The notes beneath the pieces are model-generated. The model was given only the letters and a program-made list of their open reading frames with translations, was not told where the DNA came from and made no database searches. Position numbers and translations under genes: made by a program. From Obrimoposthia wandeli (lineage: Eukaryota), in assembly GCA_977020255.1 (NCBI GenBank), contig CDROCS010002096.1, positions 1 through 64,000 on the forward strand: DNA of 64,000 bases, in the 5' to 3' direction. This document shows, one piece after another, positions 1-11,399 of the stretch; the stretch's first letter is position 1, and each line of letters starts with the position of its first letter.

Positions 1-3000
1 ATTCTTACTAACCCATCTCCTTTTATCGTCAAAAAGATTTTAAAGCAACTTTAGAGATAAATGTTGTATGAAGCTGATGGTTAACCGATGCTATATACGT
101 ACTGGCTAACACACAATTTCTTCATTTTCATAAAAAATTGAGGTAGTCTGGATGTCTTAAGTTAGTTTGTTTTAAAGAAATACCCTTAGCCCTTAATTTA
201 TTTTGAAGTGAATATTATTTTGATTTTAAGAAAACCCATTCATTTCTAATCAGTACCATCACTTAAATCTTTAAATTTTCCAATTACAGCTTTAAAGTTT
301 TCTTTCTGAATACAAGGATGTGTTTTAGGATACTACTGTATCTAAATACCCATCCTTAAATCATTTCTTTGAGTAATTTATCCTTATTAATATTCACACA
401 CTCAAGGAAAAAGAATCTGTGTCCATAGCTACAATTCGAATACTACAATTAAAAGTTTGCCTATACCGTTCAAGCTCAACATATTGTAATTGGATACTGT
501 AATTTAGATAGATCAAATAGAGCTTCACTCTGATATATGAAGGCCGATCTAAACATGTTTCCTTGTTTCTGTATTAAAACTAAATTTAAATCATCATTTA
601 TTTGAGTATGACGTTTAAACCAAGGACTCGAAACTAATTTTTCAAACCGTTTATCATTATCACATAATCTGATATCAAGTCGCCTCTTTAAGATTCTCAA
701 CCGTTTTACCTTAAACGGAATTATTTTTTAATTTGTGAAACTCATATTCAAACTTATTAACACTAGTTGCCCGCTTTTTGAATCAAAAATCTATATATTG
801 TTTAAAACGGGTGCTTGTCTAAACTGAATCGTACTATGACTTTTTAAGATTTCAGCACCAAGAAAACATAGAATTGTAGTAAACGGAAATGTATTACATA
901 ATGTTCTTTATCATTATGTGTTAAAAGTAATTTAGGAGTTTTTGAGTTTGGTGAACACATCTTATGTGGTCCAATAGGGTATGTCATCAACTTTATCATG
1001 TATACGATCCGGAATATGTAAATCTACTTCAACAAGAAAACTCCATACGGTTTTACTTTAAATCCTTTTCACTCTTCTAACTAAATTCAAAATAGAATCA
1101 AAATTATCATGCACCCATTTAAATTCCATATGTGGTAAAGGTTGACTTAAAGCCCATCCGTATAAGTTATTCACATATATATAGAGAAGTGACGTATTAT
1201 CATCGGACTTACAATAATGTTTATTAACAAAAGTCATACCTCCTCTAATACCTGCTTCAAATAGATTAAACATTTCTGGATCATGTAGCAATTCTATTTT
1301 ATGTTTTAATGATTTGATTGCACTACACCAACTAAGACCGGGAATACTAGAAATTAAGAAACTCAAGATTATCATCAAATCTAACTTTCTGTCTAAAAGC
1401 CTCAAATACATCGCAAAGGAAGTATACATCAAGACGCATATATTCCATCATATAGTCTTTAATATTAGTGCAAGCTAGTTTTGTCCACATTGTTTGAGCT
1501 AAATTATATTTATCATCTGTAACACTATCAGGAAATTTACATTTTGGAGGTAATTTATCTTCCTTACAACTGGAAATATATTCATAGGGAAAAACACCTT
1601 TACTAGATATCAAATCAGTACTAAAATATCTTGATGTATACAGTGAATTTGGAAGATAACTAACCAATCTTTCAAGACTAGTTGTTGTAAAAAGATATGA
1701 ATCTAAAAATTTCAATGTTCCAGTTGATAATTCTATTTTGAGAGCAATACATTTTTCACTAGATTTGGGTATGATTGAATAACTTTTCCCTTTTAATTTT
1801 GCAAATTTTAAAATATGATGAATATCGTAACCCATTAAGTTGTGAAAATGTACTGGTAATATAGGTATATTATCGAATCTACGAGATAAATTACATTTAT
1901 TACAGGGTGCACCCAAGAATACACCTGAAATATGAATATATACACGTACTAATTCTCTAGTGATTTTATAACAAAGGTAACATATACGACTATCTCGAAA
2001 AGCTAACCGATTTTCATTTGTCATTATTAGTAGTGTATGCATGTTATTTCGCCAAAAGGTGCAAAGATTTCATTAAAAAATTTCAGTTAATTTATCAATA
2101 AAGTTGGTAGCACAATCTAAACCAAAATAAGAACAGTATTCTATTGTGTCAGTAACATTATATTTCAACAACAGTCCAACTGCAATGGGAGTATGTATAT
2201 GTTTAACAGTCACATCAGGTTCTAAAATACTTTCAAATTCAGCATAAACTACAAAAGGAGATTGAACTGACTTTGACCAATCTGTGAATTCACAATATTT
2301 TTTATCCAGCATAGCGAATAAAGTTGTAGTATCAGTATTAAAATTGCAATGGATTATATGTTTATCATAAGCAGCCCCTGCTTGAAAACCAAAAAGACAT
2401 TTCGGACACCAGTAAAGGCGTAAACCATAACTATGGCAATTAAATAGTCTATTTAAATTAGGAACACCACAATAATGATAAGTGTTACGGTCTTCTAATA
2501 AAATTAAATTAACAATTTGATTACATGCCCGTAGTTTTGTTCGGTAAATTATACTAACCTCAGGATTTTTCAACAAATCCTTATTCAAATACTTTTAATT
2601 TCGGAATACTTAAGAACTGTAATTGCTATTTGATTATCCCGTTCAAATTACGGTATTGAGGCTAAGGGCATAGAATCTGACTGATATTTTTACTCATTTA
2701 AATATTGATTATAAGAAGTTTATCGATCTCTATGACAAATTTCATTATCATTTTTTAATACGCTAAGGATAGCATAGAGAAAACATTTATTATCGCTGTT
2801 TTTTACATTGATTATTACCCTTTTATTTATTAAATTAAGTGGTGTTGGTATATATGAGGAACCCGAAACACTGGATAATTTAGTTAATTTAAAGGAAATT
2901 TGTAATATTTTAGAGATTGACTAACTACTCTCAATTCTGAGTACTTTTCAATACAATTATTTAACTTATCTGTTCTAATGATAATGAAATCATCATCGAA

Positions 3001-4180
3001 AATATTCGCCTTACAACTAATATGCCATGTTTCAAAATTTATAAATAGAGCTTGAATACCAAATTGAATTTTACAAGGTCCAAATGCGTTAATTTTTTAC
3101 TAAATCATTTTTCATATCATTATTATAAACCAGTTTCAGCATATTCTGGTTAGATGTAGTATCAAAAATAAGATTATCTTGAAGTGCACCACATATTTTA
3201 TTGCTTCAAGGCCTACAGTTGCTACAAAATCATTATATAATTCATCAACAAATGGCTTTTCATGTGTATAAAGTAAATCATTAAAATTTAGAGATTCATC
3301 TAAATACTTATCTAATTCATCATCATTATTTAAAAATGTAGTGAAATCAAAATTAGGGAGGAAATTTTTGGACTATTAGGACGTGACCAACTATCAACAA
3401 CTTTGAAATCAAAACTATTATCTAGATCAGTGATTCCCAATCTATGCGTCGCGACACACTAGTGTGTCGCCAAGCATATATAAGTGTGTCGCGAAAATGT
3501 CCCAGAATTGAACGTTTGTGTGCAGAAAAACAAGCACATATTTCGCATTAATTGATTTTTAAACGTTCGTTTTTAATTTTGGTTATCAGAATGATTTTGT
3601 TATTTAATTTTAGGTTATTCGGACAGTGGTTGCATTTTTTTTTGGTGAGGAGGGAGAAAAAGAAACTCTTTTATGGAAACTGTAAAACTTTATCGATTTT
3701 GTTACAAATATTATTAAAGCGAATAATAAAGTGACGAATTATTTAATAATCCATTTTTTATTTATTTAGCATTTATATCCATTTGTAACTGGTTTAGTTT
3801 CTTAAAATTTTAAATTTGATGTGTCGCGACATTAAGCGAAAAAAAAAAGTGTGTCGTTATTAAAAAAAGATTGGGAAACACTGATCTAGATTATCAACTA
3901 GTATTATATTATTAATTGTTTCTAGTGATGATGATGATGGTGATGATTTACGTTTATAATTTGATTTCTTGGTATTAAAGTAAGTTAAGTGATTTTTATG
4001 AATTGAATAAAAATCTAAAAATTTTATGTTTGTGAACGATATATCACACGAGGGACATATGTACCCGTTTTTAAACTTATAATATTTTTCCATTACATTA
4101 TGACAATTTAAGTCATGACAATTATTAGTACAATAGTTATAAAGTTTACATGATGGTGGTGGTGGTGGAAAACCACTAAA
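1..4180 (-). pseudogene. Protein-primed family B DNA polymerase (pPolB) of E1, heavily frameshifted, interrupted by a hAT MITE
   Basis: Fragments: FHNLMGYDIHH, FLDS (exonuclease), GIRGGMTFVNKH, YVNNLYGWALSQPLP, KLRAKG, KVALKSFDDKR. N-terminal YICPSC..HKNH matches E2's FVCPFC..HRAH. The C-terminus runs off the window edge. Confidence 0.9.
3428..3883. mobile_element. hAT (Buster-like) MITE, 456 bp
   Basis: TIRs CAGTGATTCCCAATCT / AGATTGGGAAACACTG. The 8-bp TSD ATCTAGAT at 3420-3427 and 3884-3891 has the central TA typical of Buster-type hATs. No coding capacity. Confidence 0.9.
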
Positions 4181-4560
4181 TACTTTAAGAAAAACACTAA
4201 TTAAGGCGCCATCAAACAGTACATCACCTAACCTATCATCAAGGTTAAATGATGTATCTAAACGATTAAAATATAATTTACGGGTTCCATATATTGAGTA
4301 AATTTTTCTCAGCTAAGTCTTTTATCCAGGCATCCTGTGAAGGTTTTACAACTTTAAAACAATTCATTAAATTTGTATTGATATTCATAAAACGATCATT
4401 AGAACTACAATTAACACCAAACATTTTAGGAAAAACAGTGACAAGTGCTTCGTCATATAAGACATCGCTAAGCTTGTCATAAAAATTAAAATACTTGCCA
4501 TTTAGTTTAAAATATAATTTGCGTGAAAGATTTTGTCAGCCAGGTCCCTAATTATTTTAT
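4170..4560 (-). pseudogene. Tandem ~80-aa repeat, possibly ubiquitin-like, running into the E1 pPolB N-terminus
   Basis: RKLYFKLNGKYFNFYDKLSDVLYDEALVTVFPKMFG and RKLYFNRLDTSFNLDDRLGDVLFDGALISVFLKVFSG recur with a 241-nt period. The repeat is seen directly; the fold is inference. Confidence 0.45.
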
Positions 4561-5843
4561 CAGTTTTAATTTTTATTTGTTAATAAATCAGCATGAATTG
4601 TCAATTGTTCTAGCTTCTTTTAGTTACCTTCTTTTTAAAACGTCGTTTCAGCTTATTCTTAAGGCGCTTACCCCGTTTACATAGCACTTTAACTTTAGTT
4701 ATCGGTTCTGTGTTAATATTATTTCGTGCATCACGATGATACTTTTATATGGGGTTTTATTATAGCTATTATCTACTAAAAAAATGGCTTATATCCTTAA
4801 AATTATATGTGTTTGGGCTTCCTAACGGTGTAAATAGATACGGTTTTTTGAATGAGAAATATTTATTGTTATAACTGTTGTTGTTATTTTTTAAAGTGGA
4901 TGATAACACCTCCATTACGGAGCTGCCTAAGGCGGGGAGCCCTTCGTCCTAAGACAGTACAGCAATGTTATCATTATTACAATTTAAATTATTTATTATA
5001 AAATATAATAGAGAAATACACACAAGAGATAATAACACACAAAAGAGATAATAAAGAGTCAAAATAGTAAACTTCTTCTTCTTATTCTCAACTTTTCAAT
5101 AAACTTCTCAACTTACAACTTCTAATCAAATAACACAATAATAGTCAACTTCTTCTTCTTCTTCTTCTTCTCAACTTTTCAATAAACTTCTCAAATTCAA
5201 TTTTCAAGCAAATTCAACTTCTCAACTTCTAATCAATTCGCAATTCAACTTCTCGATCAATTTCTAATAAATGAATCTAAATAAAATAAAATGCTAATAA
5301 AAAAATCCTTACATAAAAATCAAGGGGCGATCATTAATGAAATGTGATATTGTTCATATCGAAACAAACACTCACACCGTAGGATATTTTTAAAAACTTA
5401 CAAAAATAAAAATTTCAATACTTAACGCCTACAACGTAGTATATTTAAAAAAATTATTTTCTCAAAATTTTATTTTATGTTTGTAAAATTATTTTTTTAA
5501 ATCTTAAATTTCATTTAAAGTATTAATTTTTAAATAAAACCTTTAGATAATTTAAATCTATATACATTTTAGATTCTAAAAATGTAAATTATTTTTATTT
5601 TTAAAATTTATTTTTAGTTGTTTTATTTATGTAATTTAGTATTATCATACAGTATTATTTAGAATTTTTTAAAATTTTGAATTGATATTTTTAAAAAGGT
5701 TTCTTATTATTTTTATAAAACTAGTTTGTAAACGATTTTAAAACATGGAATTTATAAATGTATTACAAATTTTATTGAAATGATTATTATTTATAATCTT
5801 TATATATACTTTTATAAAATAAGTCGTTTAAAATCGTAAAAGT

Positions 5844-6229
5844 TTATTGAGAAACTTGATGATACAACCATAAAAGACATAAAGGGCCACAATTAGTAGT
5901 TAATGGATTTTGAATACTAGTTTTATTATAGAATACATGGCGTTTCCCTTGAGTTTCTACATGTCTGATGAGTGCTGATAGATAATAAATTCCTAGGGGG
6001 TCGAATACGTGTACACTATCACGTCTCACGAATAGCGCAATCCAGTGTTCACCAGGTAAATTACTCGTATCAGTATTTACAACATATCCCGAGATTTTAG
6101 AATTGGTATTTTATCCATGGGAAACACTCCTTTGAATTTCTGTTCTAATAATTCAATTCCCACAGTATTAACCTGTTTAGAACTACATTAATTATTAAGA
6201 TTATTAAGATCAATAAACACTTACTTCAT
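5844..6229 (-). pseudogene. Adenain-like cysteine protease of E1; 42-nt intron 6224-6183; one frameshift
   Basis: ATG AA|gtaag...tag|T TCT gives MNSKQV. Catalytic motifs LPGEHWIA, FDPLG, QNPLTTNCG are present. Confidence 0.9.
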
Positions 6230-6580
6230 CCAAAAATTGCACGTTTACCTTTAGTTACTTGAATTTCAGTATCGAAAACACCGTAAATTATAATGTTTGA
6301 TGGCTGTGTCAATCCTTAGAGAAACTTTACGTCGAGTCTTAGATTACCTTGTCTCGGTAATTGATGTTGATGTATATGAAAGTCAGGGGCCAATACGAAT
6401 GTAAAAAATGGATAACGTTCCTTAAAATCTTCAGATGTTATACCTATGCTTATATTCTTATCCAATAATCCCATGTTTTTAACCAGTAATTGAATATACG
6501 CAAACATGAACTCATCTTTTCAAAGTTTGTAGTGTACGTTTCAACAAAATCAGTGTTTCTACTAAGGGAAATTGAACCGA
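6226..6580 (-). pseudogene. C-terminal fragment of the E1 major capsid protein
   Basis: VGSISLSRNTD...YPFFTFVLAPDF...GNLRLDVKF...YGVFDTEIQ is clearly homologous to the E2 MCP C-terminus. Confidence 0.85.
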
Positions 6581-6624
6581 CTAGGTCCAACTATCTGATA
6601 TACAGCATCATTTATAAGTTTCAT
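6578..6624 (-). pseudogene. 5' stub of the E1 packaging ATPase, fused by deletion to the MCP fragment
   Basis: MKLINDAVYQIVGPS matches E2 ATPase MELNNNAVFQIVGPS. Confidence 0.75.
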
Positions 6625-6687
6625 AATAAGAATAAGAATAAGAATAAGAATAAGAATAAGAATAAGAATAAGAATAAAAATAAGAAT
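6625..6687. repeat. (AATAAG)n microsatellite, about 10 units
   Basis: Direct reading of the sequence. Confidence 0.9.
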
Positions 6688-6806
6688 ATTGTTTATAAGC
6701 ATTTTATTAATATATACAACATAAATGACTTAAAAATTGATAGAGAAAATGTTATATACATCATATTTGAACGAATAATCTGAAATAATTTTTCAAAATC
6801 CAATTT

Positions 6807-6959
6807 TCATTTGAGATCTCTGTAGACATGTGAGCGAACTATTTCTTTAAGATGATCACGACTATCTTCATTAAAACTTGAAAAGAATTGAACACCATTT
6901 ATTGTTCCTTTTATAATTTCATCAACATTTTTATTAACTAATTTATCGTATTTCTCCAT
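6807..6959 (-). CDS. Small conserved Polinton ORF, homologue of E2 27416-27688; appears truncated
   Basis: DEIIKGTINGVQFFSSFNEDSRDHLKEIVRSHVYRD aligns with DEIFSGKIRGKEILSELKNNDITRDNIEILVRSHVIRE, in the same position upstream of the ATPase. Confidence 0.65.
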   Translation of the reverse strand: MEKYDKLVNKNVDEIIKGTINGVQFFSSFNEDSRDHLKEIVRSHVYRDLK

Positions 6960-6983
6960 TCTTATATAAATCATCATCAAATT

Positions 6984-7835
6984 TCAATTGTTTATACCAT
7001 TAAATTTTACATTTTTTACTCTCCTTTCAATTATATGTCATCATACTGGACATGAATGTAACCTTATAGAACATGAAATACATGTTTTCACATGTCCGCA
7101 TGGTAGAAATACTACTAATATGATTATTTAAACATACTACACAATCAGGTTCTTTTAACATGTATGAAAGTATATTTATATATTGTTTTTCAGGGTTTAT
7201 TTCTAAATTAGATAAATCACAAATAATTTCAAATAGTAAATTGTATTCTCCATATTGCATCATTTTATATTTTAAAACAGATTTTATTCTATCTTTCGTG
7301 AAAAACCTTTTCAAGTATCTGATGTTGTTGGTATACATCTACATATTGAATTTTTCCGTAGTTAAAGGATATTCAATTATACAATCTGTTTCGATTTTCT
7401 CAATAACATTAGCATCATAATAGGGTTCTAAACATTTTATATAACATATATCAGGTAATTTTACAACAATATCTGATACATATACTTTTCCAATCAATGG
7501 TACATTTGAAACATTTAACTTTAAAAGAAATGGAAATTTAGGAAAAAATTCATATGTTGCTTCATTGGTTTAAGATATCATTCTCATTCGGATATTGCAC
7601 CTTGACAGTATATACATTTTACTTTATCAGTTGAATCATCATCATGTTTATAAAATCCAGCTTTAGCTAAATTATATACAGATTGTTTTCCTTTAAAATT
7701 TATAATTAACGATCTTAATCTTTAACTTTCAGATTTATATGTCCAATGTAAAACTTTCATTCTAGAATAATCTACTTTTCGTCTAAATAAAACATCATCA
7801 ACAGTTTTATAATGAAGTATATAATCAATAAGCAT
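6984..7835 (-). pseudogene. Inhibitor-of-apoptosis (IAP)-like gene: BIR domain plus C-terminal RING
   Basis: BIR: YKSES*RLRS...LAKAGFY...DKVKCIYC...E*E...P..QH. RING after a +1 frameshift: CVVCLNNHI-VVFLPCGHVKTCISCSIRLHSCPV**. Several nonsense codons. Confidence 0.85.
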
Positions 7836-7863
7836 TTTTAAAAATTCAAAAACATATATTTGT

Positions 7864-8530
7864 TCATAAGAAACTTTCAAGCAAAAACACAATAGACTCA
7901 ACTTGACAATGATAATCAAAATCTTTAATACCATGAATAATCGCTTTTCTACTAGCAAACACATAACACATAGAGTATTAAACTTTAAAATTCTGAGTGC
8001 TGGAAACAATTCTGGTTCAAACATACAATTTCTTCCCATTTTCATAGATATCTTATACAAATTAACCTTCTTGTTGATATTCACTAGGATACTTAGAGAT
8101 TGAATACGTTCAATTTCTATATTTTGAGCATGTTTGATTGGTTGTTTGCAACCCATAATNNNNNNNNNNNNNNNNNNNNNNNNNNNNNNNNNNNNNNNNN
8201 NNNNNNNNNNNNNNNNNNNNNNNNNNNNNNNNNNNNNNNNNNNNNNNNNNNNNNNNNNNNNNNNNNNNNNNNNNNNNNNNNNNNNNNNNNNNNNNNNNNN
8301 NNNNNNNNNNNNNNNNNNNNNNNNNNNNNNNNNNNNNNNNNNNNNNNNNNNNNNNNNNNNNNNNNNNNNNNNNNNNNNNNNNNNNNNNNNNNNNNNNNNN
8401 NNNNNNNNNNNNNNNNNNTAGTATAATCCTTTAACTTTTCAAGATATTGTATAGGTTTCTTTGATCGAAAAGGTAAGTGACTAACACTTCCCTTAAATTT
8501 ACTTTTATAATTTATATTGATTATTTTCAT
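7864..8530 (-). pseudogene. TBP-like gene of E1; assembly gap 8160-8418; one frameshift
   Basis: MKIININYK...MGCK...IQSLSILVNINKKVNL...CMFEPELFPAL...VFAS(R)KAIIHG...ESFL* follows the TBP repeat pattern. Confidence 0.85.
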
Positions 8531-8650
8531 TATGTGATAATAATTGATGATGTCACACATATAGTTTCATATTATCAAATGAGAATCAACCAATCAGATT
8601 CAAGTAGTCAACTATAACTACCGAAACATTTCAGTTTACTCTCATTCATC

Positions 8651-9151
8651 ATGTTCAATTTACAAAAACCGATTTTGAAGAACACAAAGAATGAAATTTT
8701 AAATACAAGCAAAGTTGTACAGATAGATTCTGATGATACAGAATTAGAGGATATTTTTAATGGAGAAAAAGAAGATTTATTCAAAGAATCTGTACCTTAT
8801 TTCAGTTATACAATGAATTTTCTCAAGATGCCTGTTACCTTGGGATTAAAATACCCTGTTATGCTAACAAAGTCCAAGTTTGACTATGTCATCTCAAGGA
8901 TCCATCAAAAATATATTAATAATATCAATGCTATTTTCAAAAGAATGAAATTAGATATCAAAATGGAAAACTTTAGTGCTTTTATTAAAGCTGATGAAAA
9001 TATGTTTCAAGGTATAAATACTTACTCTGGCGAAGAATTTCCCAAGGGCAAATACTGGACTTTATTTGTTCAAATTCAAGGATTCAAAGTCGATAGACTC
9101 GGGAGACAGAAGCCTATTTGGAGAATCACTGAAGGACTTAAGAGAGTTTAA
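8651..9151 (+). CDS. Conserved Polinton protein, possibly an OB-fold ssDNA-binding protein
   Basis: Intact 166-aa ORF. FPKGKYWTLFVQIQGFKVDRLGRQKPIWRI aligns with E2 FPKKKQWTVTIRLYGYKKDEMGTKLPMWKI. Function is inference. Confidence 0.65.
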   Translation: MFNLQKPILKNTKNEILNTSKVVQIDSDDTELEDIFNGEKEDLFKESVPYFSYTMNFLKMPVTLGLKYPVMLTKSKFDYVISRIHQKYINNINAIFKRMKLDIKMENFSAFIKADENMFQGINTYSGEEFPKGKYWTLFVQIQGFKVDRLGRQKPIWRITEGLKRV

Positions 9152-9284
9152 TAAATATTGATTTAGTGTATTATTATCTTTTTATCATATGAATAAATAA
9201 TTAATTGATTTTATTATTCTTTCAAGGTTTACTATAAAATAAAGTAATATAAATATATAATATTTGCCAAAGGTGCTGCCCGGT

Positions 9285-9560
9285 CATGCAGGGCTCCCCT
9301 CTTAGGAGGCTCCGCAAGGGAGACTTTGGCCACTTAAAATCTATTTAATCTACTTTTGTTTTAAACGGCACGATATTTAGCGCGATATTTGAAAATAGTC
9401 TTGAAATCACGCATACAACGCCAAAAATGATTTTGCAGTAAAGGGTACCCCCCAGCGAGGGAGGACCTATTACCGTTGGCGTAGTATGCGTGATTTTCAG
9501 ATCAAATGTAGGTCAAGTGTTGAAATCCTGCATGTTGTATGAAGGATTTTGAGTCATTTT
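9285..9560. repeat. GC-rich hairpin cluster, probable remnant of the E1 right TIR
   Basis: About 22-bp stem GAAATCACGCATACAACGCCAA / TTGGCGTAGTATGCGTGATTTTC (about 9402-9498). Its loop contains GGGTACCCCCC, resembling the G/C run in the E2 TIR. Confidence 0.5.
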
Positions 9561-9699
9561 GATTCATTTTAAGCTATTTTAACGACATTCTGTCTAAAAA
9601 TGACTATATGTAGACTTTTTAGGCACTATAGTGTTGGTACTAAATCAAAGCGACTAAATCATCCCTTTCTTAGCCTATTCGACGGCAATCTGTGTGTTA

Positions 9700-10870
9700 T
9701 AATTTCTCCAGATTGCATGTCGATTTTTGTCCTGATGGACTAAGAAATGGTGTTTTGTGTGGCAATCAGCACTCGTTCGATCTATGTACATTAAACAATT
9801 GAAACACAAAACATTCTTCTTAACCATCTGTAACCGATCTTCTCAACAATAATTGTTTAAAGGCTGTGATTGACTGAGTTCGTAATTTTGCTCACATTTT
9901 AGACATTTTCTTTGTTTTGACCAATTTGTCCTTGGATATGATAAACCCTCTTGTCTCGCTCCTTTTTGACCATCAGTCTACAAACCCCTCTGGACACATC
10001 CACCGCTTTCCTTATAATAACTGGTATCATCTCGTACCCAAGTGGCTAAGACTCCCATATTTTTTGGCTCTTTGCTCGTGTGGATGTATCTTCTCCACTG
10101 ATAATGGCTGTTTCCGGCATTCATTTTAAGATCTTGTAAGATTTTGCAACTTACTTTCTTTCTTTATCACTGTCATTTTCACTATAACAGTCTCCAGAAA
10201 TTCTGAAAACCATTCTTAATCTCGGTCCTCTCTATGCCGTATAGGTTTGAATCTTTTTATTTCCTCCAAAATAAGGTTATACCTCTTCTCCTTCTCTGCA
10301 TACCTTAACTACAGTTTTTTAAATGGTACTTCATAAGCCCTTACCGAGAATCACAAGTTTTCTATCCACCTTAATGACTCGCCTTTTAAGCAGTCCCTTG
10401 GATATAAAAGTTTCTCGTTTTTTCTCTATTGGTGTCGTGAATATAAACATCAAATACGGCTTTCCAAGCTTCGTATTCTTTCACATTTCTAATGAATATT
10501 GAGACTGACAACTTTTTCATTTTCTTAAACTCGTTTTCGTTTTTTTTATTTCCACCCTTCTGTTACCATTTCATCCAACGTTTGAATTCGCCTCCGATGA
10601 CCTCTTGATCAACAACTTATTAGTCTCTTCATACTTTCCTTCTATCTCTTCCAATTCATCCTCAATATCCAACGCTTTTCTTCTTTCTCGTTTTCAACGT
10701 ACCAATTCATTATTTTGGTCGTTTTTATTACTGTCTCCATATATCTATCTCGCCACTCCTTCAAATCGCTCGATGTTATTCCCTCTATCACCCTGTTTCT
10801 CAGTTTTGTCAGCTGGCCTTTTATTAATCGTTTCTTCAGCATCCAGTCTCTCAGCTCTTTCTCCATCGTT
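9700..10870 (-). mobile_element. Decayed Bel/Pao LTR retrotransposon gag fragment
   Basis: Broken frames give KRLIKGQLTKL, YEAWKAVFDVYI and KGESLRWIENL (DUF1759-like), plus Cys/His knuckles CLKCEQ and DRLQMVKKNVLCFNCL. No LTR was identified. Confidence 0.65.
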
Positions 10871-11399
10871 CCACACCTGATCTTGAATGTTAAATGCAGT
10901 GTGTTTCCTTGTCGAACTCCGCAGCCAGATACCCTCTATAATCCAGTAAGAACAATCCAGGTGAAAGAAACCCCGGGTCAATGCTAAAACATCCGACCGC
11001 ACGTCAAAACATTAAGTGAATAATGAAAGTCTGACATTGAATTCTATTTTTATTTGATAACGTTGAGACAAATCTGAAATAACATCTTGAACTAAATAGG
11101 CTTCAGTCGATGTTTGACAATAATAAAAACACGCTTAATGATGAAGCAACAATAAATACTTATGATAATAAAAAATTTATGTCTATAATGAAAATGCTAC
11201 AGAGTTGAGGGAGTAACTTACATAATATTTTTTAATAGTTAAAGCTATTCCTATGATTCAAGTAAGCTTTTTGAACACTAAAATCAAATCTCTCTAGCAT
11301 TTATAAAATTGATGAACCGAAAACTGAACACAAAATATTTATTTTTAAAAGCTATCAATTTTTATATATACTTAAGCAACATAAAAATTACTTTTTTAA

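Larger units (their letters stand above)
1..9560. mobile_element. Decayed, internally deleted Polinton/Maverick element E1; left end lies outside the window
   Basis: Contains pPolB, adenain protease, MCP C-terminus, ATPase stub, TBP-like and SSB-like genes. The late-gene order matches E2. GC-rich hairpins at 9285-9560 resemble a TIR remnant. Exact ends were not found. Confidence 0.85.

Noticed and set aside
8100-8426. ORFs spanning N runs here and at 29537-29900
   Set aside because: Artefacts of assembly gaps.
9513-9530. 16-bp match AGGTCAAGTGTTGAAA to the MITE TIR at about 43420
   Set aside because: A single match of this length is plausible by chance in 64 kb of biased sequence.
10905-10930. 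TGGCTGCGGAGTTCGAC (minus) as a retroelement primer-binding site
   Set aside because: Spacing does not fit a tRNA 3' end, and no LTR boundary could be placed.
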